A DNA stretch of 64,000 nt from assembly GCA_013239625.1 (NCBI GenBank), contig MU055354.1, positions 620,001-684,000 of the forward strand, written 5' to 3'. Position numbers and translations under genes: made by a program. Below the pieces are notes generated by a model. It saw only the letters and a list, made by a program, of their open reading frames with translations. It was not told the DNA's origin and did no database searches. Positions within the stretch are counted from its first letter, which is position 1. Each line of letters begins with the position of its first letter. Positions 48,901-59,531 of this stretch are shown here, in pieces. The DNA is from Lama guanicoe (lineage: Eukaryota).

Positions 48901-51474
48901 TACCTTCCATTTTTTAATATTTTTTTAAGTAGTAGATATACCCTAATACCACATAATATGTGATAGATCCAAATTGAACCTTATGCTTGCTCTGAAATGG
49001 CAGCGGGCGTAAATGCATACACTTAGTTGACTCTACATGCCCATATGGGGGGGAAAAGAGTGACAAGTAACGAATTAGTCATACATTTATTAAAATTGGG
49101 TCAGATACATACTTACACTCCTTCTTGCTTGACCTTTTCATTGTCTTTAGTACAGTCTTTTATTTATCTTGAGACCTAACTGGGAGTATAGGATGAATTT
49201 TGTCTAGAAATGACCACTGTGGGGTATATACATGTTAGATATGCATAAGAACTCATTTATCCAAATCTTAGGGTTCCCTAAATACACTTTGAATTAAACT
49301 GCATCTGGTTAATAGTAGTTGTCTTAGACAAGCACAATTTCATTTATAAAGCCATATTTAAGGAAATTTCACCTATGTATTTGGAAATCTATTTCACCAG
49401 GCAGCCAAGACCTCTCGAGTTAGGTAGAAATGTTACTAGCGACCCACTTTGCCCTTGCCCTTATCCCCTGACACAGACCCTAGGGACTAGGAAGATAAGT
49501 AAAAGTATCTGAAATCATCTGGTCTGTTTCCTGTCCTGCTCCTCCCCGTCTAATCAATAGAGCCTGTGGGGCCCGGATAGTCAGCCGACCAGAGGAACTG
49601 AGAGAAGATGATGTTGGAACAGGAGCAGGCCTATTGGAAATCAAGAAAATTGGAGACGAGTACTTCACATTCATCACTGAGTGCAAAGATCCTAAGGCCT
49701 GCACCATTCTCCTCCGAGGGGCCAGCAAAGAGATTCTCTCAGTGAGTCAGCCTTGGAAATGTGACTGAATGATCTAAGTCTTTCCATCTTTAATTGTGGT
49801 TTAAAAATTTAAAAACATGAAATTTACCAACTTAACCATTTTTAAGTGTATAATTCAGCAGTGTTAAGGGTATTCACATTCTCATGTAACAAATCTTCAG
49901 AACTTTATCTCCAAAAACTGACACTGTACCCATTGAACAAGGACTCATCATTTCCCAATTTCCTAGCAACCACCGCTTCCTTATTTTTCAAGTTGAAATT
50001 ACGAATATTATGTTTTTTCCCCTCAGTGAAGTTAAGTTAACATATCAAAGGCACATAGCTAGAAAGTAGAGTTTCCACTACACCATGCAGCCTCCTAGAG
50101 TACACAGTTAGACAGGACATAGAAGGGTATTGCCCTGAAACACAGTGACAAAGGCCTGGATGGATACAGAGTGACACCTCATTCCCTGGCCTTCTTGCAG
50201 TTATAGTTAATGTGGTTTTCCAGGATAAATAGCGTCTTCCCTGCCCAAAAGGTTCAAAGGACCTTTCTTAGTGGCCCTCTTTGCGGTTTAGCAACTTTGC
50301 AGTCAGGAAGTCCTTTGGTGCCTCTGATTTGCTTCTGAGTCATCAAACTGGTTTTATACTGTTTGCTTTCCCAAGGAAGTAGAACGCAACCTCCAGGATG
50401 CCATGCAAGTGTGCCGCAACGTTCTCCTGGACCCTCAGCTGGTGCCAGGGGGTGGAGCTTCTGAGATGGCTGTGGCTCATGCCTTGACNNNNNNNNNNNN
50501 NNNNNNNNNNNNNNNNNNNNNNNNNNNNNNNNNNNNNNNNNNNNNNNNNNNNNNNNNNNNNNNNNNNNNNNNNNNNNNNNNNNNNNNNNNNNNNNNNNNN
50601 NNNNNNNNNNNNNNNNNNNNNNNNNNNNNNNNNNNNNNNNNNNNTCTTGATGGGGTAGAGAAAGCTGTGTTTGGCCTGAGGATGATTTGTGTCTCTTTCC
50701 AGGTTATCCTTGCACTTTGTACCCTTAAAATTCTTCATTCTTAATTTTTGACTTGTTTGCTGTCTTTGCCATTTCCCCTATTCCCTACCTTCTCAATCCA
50801 GTATATTTGATTTTTACCTAATGGTCTCTGTCAACTTACTTATTCCTAGTATTTTCCCCTTTAACTATTTATGCTTGTTTCAACTACAGGCCAAGCACAC
50901 CCAGGAGAATTGTGAGACCTGGGGTGTAAATGGTGAGACAGGTACTTTGGTGGACATGAAAGAACTGGGCATCTGGGAACCATTGGCTGTAAAGCTACAA
51001 ACATATAAGACAGCAGTGGAGGTGAGGCACTATAAGACATATGCTTTGCTGTTTATTTCCAGATAACCAGAAGATAGCGTGTTTGGCCCAGTCTTAAGGA
51101 GAAGGGGGTATAGAAGGCAGGGTATTCCCCAAAAGATCTCTCAAGGAATTCCCTCCCCCTACTTCTCTTTAGCTCATTTAAAAAGCAAGGCACCAGCACA
51201 AGCTGCATCCCTTGCTTAGGGAGAACTACATTTTACTTTCAAGACTCTCAAAGGGTAGATTTCAGATAAAATGGTAATTATGTAGGAGGAGCTAGGTGAT
51301 ACGTCTAAAAGAAAACAAGTGTCCTTCCTTTCTTTCCTGACCACTTTGGGGCTGTGGTTTTTCTCCTAGACTGCGGTTCTACTGCTGCGGATTGATGACA
51401 TCGTCTCAGGCCACAAAAAGAAGGGTGATGACCAGAGCCGACAAGGCGGGGCTCCTGATGCTGGCCAGGAGTGA
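39547..51474 (+). CDS. CCT3: T-complex protein 1 subunit gamma (TRiC/CCT chaperonin), 14 exons, 545 aa expected
   Basis: Exons: 39547-39577, 41465-41526, 42210-42260, 42350-42412, 43158-43254, 45365-45482, 46122-46308, 47024-47173, 48105-48237, 48419-48500, 49561-49741, 50376-~50621 (3' part inside N gap 50489-50644), 50890-51021, 51370-51474. Translation: [31 protein letters not shown]...TNDGNAIL...EVGDGTTSV...[10 protein letters not shown]...[30 protein letters not shown]. Confidence 0.98.
42471..42873 (-). mobile_element. MaLR LTR, MLT1 (MLT1C-like)
   Basis: Recognisable MLT1 segments: ATTAGTTTCT..GGGCTGCTGTAGCAAATTACCACAAACTGGGTG, GACTTCATCTTAACTTGATTACATC, GACACAGTTCAACCACAACA. Confidence 0.85.
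43478..44102 (-). mobile_element. TcMar-Tigger non-autonomous DNA transposon (MER82-like)
   Basis: Matches recalled consensus segments TACAGGGTTAGGTTCC, GTTGATTCATTAACATTGAACTCATGGCCAA, AAGGCACATCACAGCCTTCTTGCACTTAGGAA and GATGAGAGCTGAAACAAGA. Confidence 0.75.
46697..46715 (+). promoter_or_regulatory. CTCF binding motif (forward orientation), CCT3 intron 7
   Basis: TGGCCACTAGATGGCGCCC is a near-perfect CTCF core in otherwise AT-rich intron. Confidence 0.75.
47612..47764 (+). mobile_element. tRNA-derived SINE (vic-1 type) in CCT3 intron 8
   Basis: CCTTAGCGGTAGAG...GGTCCTGGGTTCAATCCCTAGTACCTCC, A-rich tail; degenerate TSD AA(G/A)AATCA(G/A)TTTATT. Confidence 0.85.
50489..50644. other. Assembly gap (N run) within CCT3 exon 12; further gaps at 51570-51708 and 58708-58855
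   Basis: Read directly from the sequence. Confidence 0.99.
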
Positions 51475-53479
51475 GCGGTGGGCAAGGCGACCTCGACACA
51501 GAGTCTCCCCCTCCCCTGAGCCAGACTGCCAGGGACACTGTGGATGTCTTTGTTTGGAAGGGATCAGATNNNNNNNNNNNNNNNNNNNNNNNNNNNNNNN
51601 NNNNNNNNNNNNNNNNNNNNNNNNNNNNNNNNNNNNNNNNNNNNNNNNNNNNNNNNNNNNNNNNNNNNNNNNNNNNNNNNNNNNNNNNNNNNNNNNNNNN
51701 NNNNNNNNTTTTCAACCTTGGGTCATCTCTCTGCCTCCTGGCAAGGAGGGAGGAAGCAAAAATCCTTCCTGGGAAGGAAGAATGATGGGAATGAGGTCAT
51801 TAAATATCTTTGCCTTCTTCAGGGGGTATTCTTCAGATTTCTCAGTAGATACTGATTGGGAAGACTCTAAGAGTTCAAAGAATGATACTGTAAGGCTTAA
51901 GGAAGCACCACTTTGCATTCATCACCCAAAGAACAGGAGGAGCCTGTCCCAACCATGGGTGCTCCTCATATGTGGCTTTGTATAGATCAACACCCAGTAA
52001 GTGCTAGGGTTCAGGCATTTATCCCAAAGAACATAGAACATCTACATCTACTTTATTTTTGTATAGAATCCTTCCTATCATACCTGGAATTCTTTTTCTC
52101 TGCCCTCTTCCAGTGTTCTTCCTGATTCTTATCTGTTCTGGCTAGCTGGCTTACTATCCCGCCATGCTTGTGTCGCTGTAGGACCTCTGCTTTCCCTGTT
52201 AGAAACAAAAGATTTAAAGCTATTTGTGCTTTGTTTTGGTCTTATCAAGGCAGAAAACCTTTTAGTGGCCTAGAAATACTGGAGGCTAGGTGGGGCCAAC
52301 CTTTGATTTCTTCAGAGTCCTTCCTCTTGGCTACTAGGCCTTCCACTGTCCCCTTTATCCTTATGACTCATGCAGTCACCCTTTATCTCCCTGACCACAG
52401 GACTTACTAAGCTGAATCTTGGGTAGACTAATGGTAGCTGGCATACAGTGCCTGTTGTGTAACAGAATACGTTCTGGGTACTTCGCATGTGTTAGTTAAT
52501 CAAGAACCCTATAAGATAGGTAATAACCCCATTTTATGATGGGGAATCTAAAACATAAAGTGGTTGGTTCAAGGATCAGAAAGCTGGTAAATGGCAGACC
52601 TGGGATTGCGCTGCAGGCAGCCTGGCTCTGGAAGCCGAGTGCTGACAGCGCTGCTCCTGGAACTGAGCTGCGCTGTGGGAAGGGCCTCTGCAGACTCTGC
52701 TCTTACTCTGTCTACCTAATACTTAGCTTCCTGCTTAACCGAGTCTTAAGTCCTCGGCTTCTCTTCCACGAGGAGCTCTGGAATAAGCCTACCTACCTTT
52801 TGCTGAAATCCCTGCCTCTTTAGTTACAGTATTAATTCCTTCAACTTTTAAGGCCTTAGAGAAAGATAATGGATTAATTCTCAAGTAAATAAAAAGATCT
52901 TGGAAAAACTGCAAGACCTGAGAGATTATGAGGGGGAAGAGTATCCTCCCATTTGTTCCTTACATTTTTCTAGGTCCATTCTGGTTTCAGCTCTAACAGT
53001 TAAGCACTTTGGTAACTGTACATAGTAGTCTTCTCTGCTGTCATCAGTGCCTCTTTTTTCTTTAAGCCCCTATAGTGTCTCTTGAACCTATAGAAATTCT
53101 TCCTGGCACATTAGATCAGTCAGTACTCTTCAGTCTAGCTTTCAAAGCCCCTTTGTGCTGTTCAAAGCCTAAATTTAACATAGTGATTAAAAGCATCCAA
53201 TTTGTTGCCTTGCATGAGCCCTAAGTGATTCCATGAACACAATTTTGCTGCCATTTTGACTTTGCTCATGGTCCTTCCTGTCAGGTTTCTAGATTCAGCT
53301 AAATCCTTTCCCCCACCCAGCCCAATGACAGTATTTGGAGGGGGGAGACTTGAATTCTTGTTTACTCAAATCTGTACTCAGCCAAGACCCTTGTTTATAT
53401 TTTCCCTTGTCAGCTCTCAGAGTTGGAACTCAAAGGGTGCAAGTAGTTTTTTTCTGAAGAAAAAAATAAGTTTTTAAGG

Positions 53480-54360
53480 AAACAAGTTTATCTTAGCGTA
53501 GCCATTTGGATCCTTCATTTATTACAGCAAAATGAATTACATGCAACTGAAAGATTTAAATACAAGAAAGTGGAACCGTAAGAGTAGTAGAAGAAAACAT
53601 GAGATTTAAAAATACCAGAGTGGAGAAAAATAGGGTAACTACATAGATTTGCACTGCAAAAGACAAATGAGGGAGGGAGGATGTTTGCAACAATACATGA
53701 GTACTTTCCTTAAACTTGGAACTTGGCAGTCAAGAAGACCGCCTCAGAAAAATAGGCAAAGAGTATAAATAGCTTCAGAGAAGCAAAAACAAATGACTAA
53801 AACAAAGAAATGCTTAACCTTGTTCCAGGGAAATGTAATTAAGTTTGGTAAACACTTGCCGGGATGTGGGAGAAATGAGTCCCCGAACATGGTGTGTCAA
53901 TTGATGAACCTCAGAGGGCAGTTTGACCATCAGTTCTGCCCCTGGGTGTTTATCCTGTAGATTTGGTTACAAATGTGTATGAAATGTGGTACACACAGGG
54001 CTATTCCTCTCAGTGTTGTTTGCCGTGGCAAAGTGTTGCAAACTATCAAGGTTCTGGCTAAATATATCCAGGGAATACCCCCCCCCGCTATGAAATACTA
54101 TGGAGAATGAGACTGTTCCAAATGCATTAATGGAGAACAGTCCCCAAAATATAAGTGAAAAAGCAAACTGCAGAACAGTGGATGCCATTATATGGTATTT
54201 TATATATATAATGTACTGTGTGTATGTATATATATTTGAGTGTGCTTAGACTATTTTAGGAAGGACATGTAAGAAACTGATAGTAATGTTATCACAAGGA
54301 AGGACCCAGATTGCAGGGGAAAAGGGGTGATACCCTTTGGTACCTTCTGAGTTTTATACC
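53480..54360 (+). repeat. Degraded L1M fragment between CCT3 and GLMP
   Basis: L1 ORF2/3'-UTR-like segments (AAAGATTTAAATACAAGAAA...GTAGTAGAAGAAAACAT). Confidence 0.5.
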
Positions 54361-54367
54361 ATATGCA

Positions 54368-54797
54368 TTAACAGGAAAGGAACAAATCTGACTCCATATT
54401 AGATCTGTTCCTTTGGCTTTAATCCTGTGCCCTGTTGTCTAGGCTTAGTCTTGCTAGTTCTGCACTCACGTAAAGATAAATTGCAGAATAGAGAATAACA
54501 TTTGTTTTGTTGGAGGTTTTGTAGGAGCACCATGAGCTGGCCCACGTGGACAGCTGCAGGAGCAAAGAATCCTACACCAAGAAGTTTGCAACAACCAACC
54601 ACACCCCCTCCCCTGTTTTTTTGTATAAAAGAAGCCTGTGTGCTGACTGGAGGAGGAGGATTCTCCAAGACATTAGCTTGTCATCCTCTCAGTCTGCCAG
54701 CTTTCCGAATAAAGTCCCTATTCCTTGCCCCAACACCTCGTCTCCTGATTTAATGGCCTGTCGTGCGGTGAGCAGAACAAGTCTGGACTCAGTAACA
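54368..54797 (+). mobile_element. Solo LTR, ERV1 class (MER41/MER34-like group; exact family uncertain)
   Basis: Ends T(T)AACAG...CAGTAACA; 4-bp TSD TGCA at 54364-54367 and 54798-54801; TATAAAA at 54624-54630; AATAAA at 54708-54713; 430 bp. Confidence 0.85.
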
Positions 54798-55358
54798 TGC
54801 ATATACTATTAGTCAAAATAATTTTAGGCTTAAGAAAAAAAGAACAAGAAAAAGTGTTTCATTCAGCCAGATTCGAACTCCCTTGTTTGACAAATACATA
54901 CTGCTTTCATATCCTTTTACCTAGGGTTTCTTTTCTCTACGATAAAATTGTGAGCTCTTCCAGGACAAGAACCTGTACACCTGGGGGCTCAATAAATATT
55001 AATAATTGACAAAAAAAAAAACCCTGAGGTACGCGCTCTCTTCTACCAAATTCCTTCAAATTCCTCTCTCTGCCTTCCCTGCCACAGAGACATTTTATAG
55101 AGATTCTATTTGGACCTTGAATCCAGATATCATGCCCACTTACAGATAACTGTTCAGTGGGACCAGCTAGGTAGGAGAGGTTGCGAGTATGTCTGCAAAT
55201 CCCGTCTGAGATACCTTGTTTGCCATCTCCGTGGGGGATGATGAACTAACCTTTCTGATTCTATTCTCACTCAAGCCGAAATCTGGGTTAAGGGAGGCGG
55301 TCTCTTTAAGAACTGTTGTGATGGCCCCACCCTTTAAAGAGATCAGCTGAACCTGTGA

Positions 55359-55368
55359 GTCACATGAC
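55359..55368. promoter_or_regulatory. CLEAR/M-box element (TFEB/TFE3/MITF) in the GLMP promoter
   Basis: GTCACATGAC is one mismatch from CLEAR GTCACGTGAC and contains the M-box core TCATGTGA on the minus strand; it ends 34 nt upstream of the ATG of a lysosomal gene. Confidence 0.75.
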
Positions 55369-55402
55369 TAGCGTTTCTTCCGCCCTCTGGAGCTGGGACC
55401 GC

Positions 55403-58026
55403 ATGAGTGGCTGTGAGGAGCCCTGCCGGGGTTGGGGGCACTGTGCCCCCAGCCCCGTGCTCCTCCTGAGTCTACTTCTGACAACAGCTCCATTTGGCCT
55501 GCTGGGGGAAGAGACCCGCCAGGTGAGGAGCTACGGCAGTAGGTGTTTCAGGATATGCTACCCTTGAAGGGTATTTGGAACCCAGGCAACCGAGGGGTGG
55601 TGGTAGAGGGTGCTTGCATGGAATAGAGTTTCTCCAATCTGAGAGTCGGGGCAGCCATGGATCATGGGACAGGACTGTGGAACAGGGCAGATGTGAGGGT
55701 ATCCTGTCTTCCGGTGAAAGCTGGACCATGACTTAGCCCTGAGTGAGCCAGGTCCAGGCAAGTGTTGGATTTTTTTCTTCCTCTCGGCCCTGTGCCCTGA
55801 TCTCTCCACCAAGATCAGGGCACTTCTGGCTTTACACACCTCTCCTCCACCCCACCTCTCCTTTTACACCAGAATCTCCTTAGCTCCCACAAGCATTTCT
55901 CTTGCCTAGACCCCAGGGTCCCACCCTTTCCTCATCATTTCTGAAGCCCGGTCTCCCTGTCCCCAAGCATCTTTCCCCTGTGTCTCTCCCTGGATCGGTT
56001 CCCTTGACCCTCCACTACTCATGTTCCTTCCAGGTGTCTCTGGAGGTCATCTCTGACTGGCTGGATGCCCCCCAGAACCTGCTTCATGTCCGGGCGGTGG
56101 GTACCAACTCCACACTGCACTATGTGTGGAGCAGCCTGGGACCCCCAGCAGTGCTGCTGGTGGCTACCAACACCCCCTACAGCACCCTGAGTGTCAACTG
56201 GAGCCTCCTGATCTCCTCTGATCCTGATGGGGCCCTGATGGTACACCCCAAGGACAGCATCCAATTTTCTTCTGCCCTCGTCTTTACCAGGGTGAGGAGG
56301 TTGGGGGAGAACCAAGGGGAAGAGTGTAGAGGAGAGGGTTCATCTGAATTTGAGGGAGAAACTAAAGACAGAGTGGGTGAAGTAGAGTCGCGTATGAGAG
56401 CCTGGGGTGGGGTCCAGTGAATGGGGTGGGGGTGGTGATTCAGGAGAAAGCTGGACTCAGGCAACCCAGTCCCTCCCCACCCCCACCCTCCAGCTATTTG
56501 AGTTTGACAGCACCAACACATCTGATGCGGCTGCAGATTCTCCAGGAAAGTCATATCCTCCGTATTCCTTGGCTGAGTTCTTCTGGAACAACATCACTGA
56601 CTCATTGGATCCTGCCACCCTGAGTGTTACATTTCAAGGCCACCCCATTCACGACCCCACTGGGGCTTTTGCCAATGGCAGCCTGATCTTCAGGGTAAGG
56701 TTATGGAGAATCAGAATTCAAAAGGCCAGTTTATGAGGGTGGGAGTTAATGATGGGGGGTTGTCTTCAAATGCAGGTATCCACCTGCTTCCCACACCTCC
56801 TTTGCCTCCTCCATCCTAGGTGCAGGCCTTCTCCAGATCTGGCCGACCATTCCAACCCCCTCGCCTTCTCCACACAGCGGACACCTGCCAGCTAGAAGTG
56901 GCCCTGGTTGGGGCCTCTCCCCGGGGAAACCGCTCCCTGTTTGGGCTGGAGGTAGCCACCTTGGGCCAGGGCCCCGACTGCCCCTCGGTGCAGGAGCAGC
57001 ACTCCATTGACGATGAATATGCACCTGCCGTCTTCCAGGTTAGGCTTCCAGCAGAGAGACAGATGGATAGGGGGTGAAAGGGGGACCTTAGGATTACAGA
57101 CAATCATTCAACCATTTACGATTTAGCAGCACTTTATTCAGCAATTTTGTGCTGGGCACTATGCTGATGAATTTAGCACCGTTTCTGCCGTCAGTGGGGA
57201 AGCCAGACAGAAGGCAGTCCAGTATGACTAGTGCTCTGGCAGGTGGGATCTGCAAGGGTGTGGGGGCCCAGAAGAGGGAGCTGAGTGCAGGTTTGCTGAG
57301 TGTTGAGGCTGGAAAAAGACTCTGCCATCCAGTTCAGCTCCCCTTTCTGCAGAGAAGAGATTGGTACAAACAGCCTGTGAGTTCTAGACCCAGGTCTAGG
57401 ACTCAGGACAACTCCTGTCAGAGGCTGGGAAAGGGTAGGGGAGCAACACTGTTGGTTCTCCTCACCCTGCCTGTTTGCCTTTCTCCCCAGTTGGACCAAC
57501 TGCTATGGGGCTCCCTCCCATCAGGCTTCATGCAGTGGCGACCAGTGGCTTTCTCACAGAAGCAGGGGAGCCGGGAATCAGCCATGCCCTGCCAAGTTTC
57601 CCCTCTTTACCCCACCTTGGCATACGTTCTCCCACAGTCACCCATTGTCCGAGCCTTCTTCGGGCCCCAGAGCAACTTCTGTGCCTTCAATCTGACATTT
57701 GGGGCTTCCACAGGCCCTGGCTACTGGGACCAACACTACCTCAGCTGGTAAGAGTCAGGGCGTGGGCCGACAGTTGGGAGGTTGAAGTAGGGGAGGGCTG
57801 GGCCTCTCAGCCTTCCCTCCTAAGCCTACTTACCTCCCTTTCTCACTCTGCTTGCTCTAGGTCAATGCTCCTGGGTGTGGGTACCCCTCCAGTGGATGCC
57901 TTGTCCCCGCTTGTCCTGGGCATCATGGCAGTGGCCCTAGGTGCTCCGGGGCTCATGCTGCTGGCAGGAGGTCTGTTTCTGCTGCTAAGCCACAAGCGGC
58001 ACTCAGAATACCAGCTCATAAATTGA
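55403..58026 (+). CDS. GLMP: Glycosylated lysosomal membrane protein (NCU-G1/C1orf85), 6 exons, 406 aa
   Basis: Exons: 55403-55522, 56034-56291, 56494-56694, 56820-57038, 57491-57747, 57861-58026; total 1221 nt. Signal peptide in exon 1, many NxS/T sequons, a C-terminal TM helix and a YQLI (YxxPhi) lysosomal sorting tail. Confidence 0.98.
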
Positions 58027-58340
58027 GGCTTGCTCACTAGACAGAAAAACATTACTGGACTTTCCTTGCTGGTCTACAGGTTTGAGGGTCAGTATTTCCA
58101 GCCAGCTGCTCCCTTTTCCCATCTTGCTTTTCAGCAGGACCTCAGAGACCAGCCTCAACTTCCTGTGGACCCAGGTGGAGCTTCCTTCAAACTCTGAGGA
58201 GGGACCAGGGACAGAGTGATTGGTAGCGGGAGAGTTCCCTCTTTTGCTTCCCCGCCCCTCCACCCCCCATTTCCCTTGAATGAGACTCACAGGCCTAAAT
58301 GAGAGGACTTCTCACTGATTGGCTGCCCTCAAGGGCATGA

Positions 58341-58346
58341 AATAGA
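58341..58346 (+). terminator. Probable GLMP variant polyadenylation signal AATAGA
   Basis: No AATAAA seen after the stop. AATAGA is followed by a U-tract and a GU-rich downstream element (GGGTTTGTCTCTCGGTGTGTGTGTTGTT). Confidence 0.55.
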
Positions 58347-58639
58347 CTTATTTTTTCCACAGGGTTTGTCTCTCGGTGTGTGTGTTGTTGGGCTGGTCTG
58401 GGGCTGGTTCCAGGAAATGGGAAGGCTAAGAGATGGGCGTGGAAGGCAAGATCTTGTTTGTGGCCCCATTTCCTCAGCAGGCCTAGTTCTCTTCCTTGCC
58501 ATGAGACCAGGCTTCTGCCAGCCACTCTTCAACATGTGGAGCTGGGAGGTTTCTGGTGCAGTCTGACTCAAACAAGGAAAGGACACGTAAGACTGAGGGG
58601 CAAACATGAAGGAAGAGCCAAGGAAGACTGTGATAGTCA

Positions 58640-58645
58640 TTTATT
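58640..58645 (-). terminator. TMEM79 polyadenylation signal AATAAA
   Basis: TTTATT on the plus strand, ~890 nt downstream of the stop codon. Confidence 0.75.
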
Positions 58646-59531
58646 GTTACACACACATTCACACAGGCTTCATATCAGCCACTGTGCCGTCCATCCATTC
58701 CCCAGCCNNNNNNNNNNNNNNNNNNNNNNNNNNNNNNNNNNNNNNNNNNNNNNNNNNNNNNNNNNNNNNNNNNNNNNNNNNNNNNNNNNNNNNNNNNNNN
58801 NNNNNNNNNNNNNNNNNNNNNNNNNNNNNNNNNNNNNNNNNNNNNNNNNNNNNNNTTCCCTGTCCGCTCCTCTTCCCATGGGAGAGGCATGACTTCTGGG
58901 CAGTTTGGAGGGGGGAGGTTACAGGGACATAAAGGGTGGGAAGGAAGGAAGCAGCCATTGTGGAGTGGGGCAGCTGTAATCCTCTTGACTGAGGCTAAAG
59001 GGCCTAAGAGGCCAGTAATGGAGGGTCCTGAACCCAGGCCCCCTGGAAGATTTCCACCAGCTGTGAAAGTCCTATTTGATCTGATGGCAGTCTTTACCTT
59101 TAGGCATTGGCAAAATTTCTAGTTTCTTTGAGGCCCTCTGCTTAGACAGCTGGCACAGAAATGGTCCGAGTTTTGGCTGTGGCTCTGCCGACTGCCTCAC
59201 AGGAAGCTGGAGAGTGAAACAGAGTCCAGCAGTGATGGGGCCTAGCGGCAGTGGTGGGAAGCTGCTCAGGAAGGAACCATGCCTCTGCTCCTGTTCCTGG
59301 CCCTACGCCCTCAGCATCCTTAAGGAACATGGCTGTCAGCCTCTTTCCCTACAAGAATGTCTAAAGTCCCTCCCTCATAACTGTCCCAGGCTCCAAAGGT
59401 GAAGGGCAGCACCCCGACTTGGGGGAGAGCCGGGGACAGTCCAGGCTGTAATTGGATGGGAACCCTGTCGGGGCAGTCGCTGGGTTCATCCCATCCAGGT
59501 ACCTGGGCTGGGGGTAAGGGGGCGGAGCTGC

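Noticed and set aside
50376-50644. Apparent truncation of CCT3 exon 12
   Set aside because: An assembly gap of about the size needed to hold the missing coding bases plus the donor; flanking phases are consistent.
39578-51369. Intronic snoRNAs in CCT3
   Set aside because: No convincing C/D or H/ACA box arrangement seen by eye; an Infernal/Rfam scan would be decisive.
51480-55300. VHLL retrogene found between CCT3 and GLMP in human
   Set aside because: No VHL-like sequence seen; the interval is MIR, L1 and LTR sequence.
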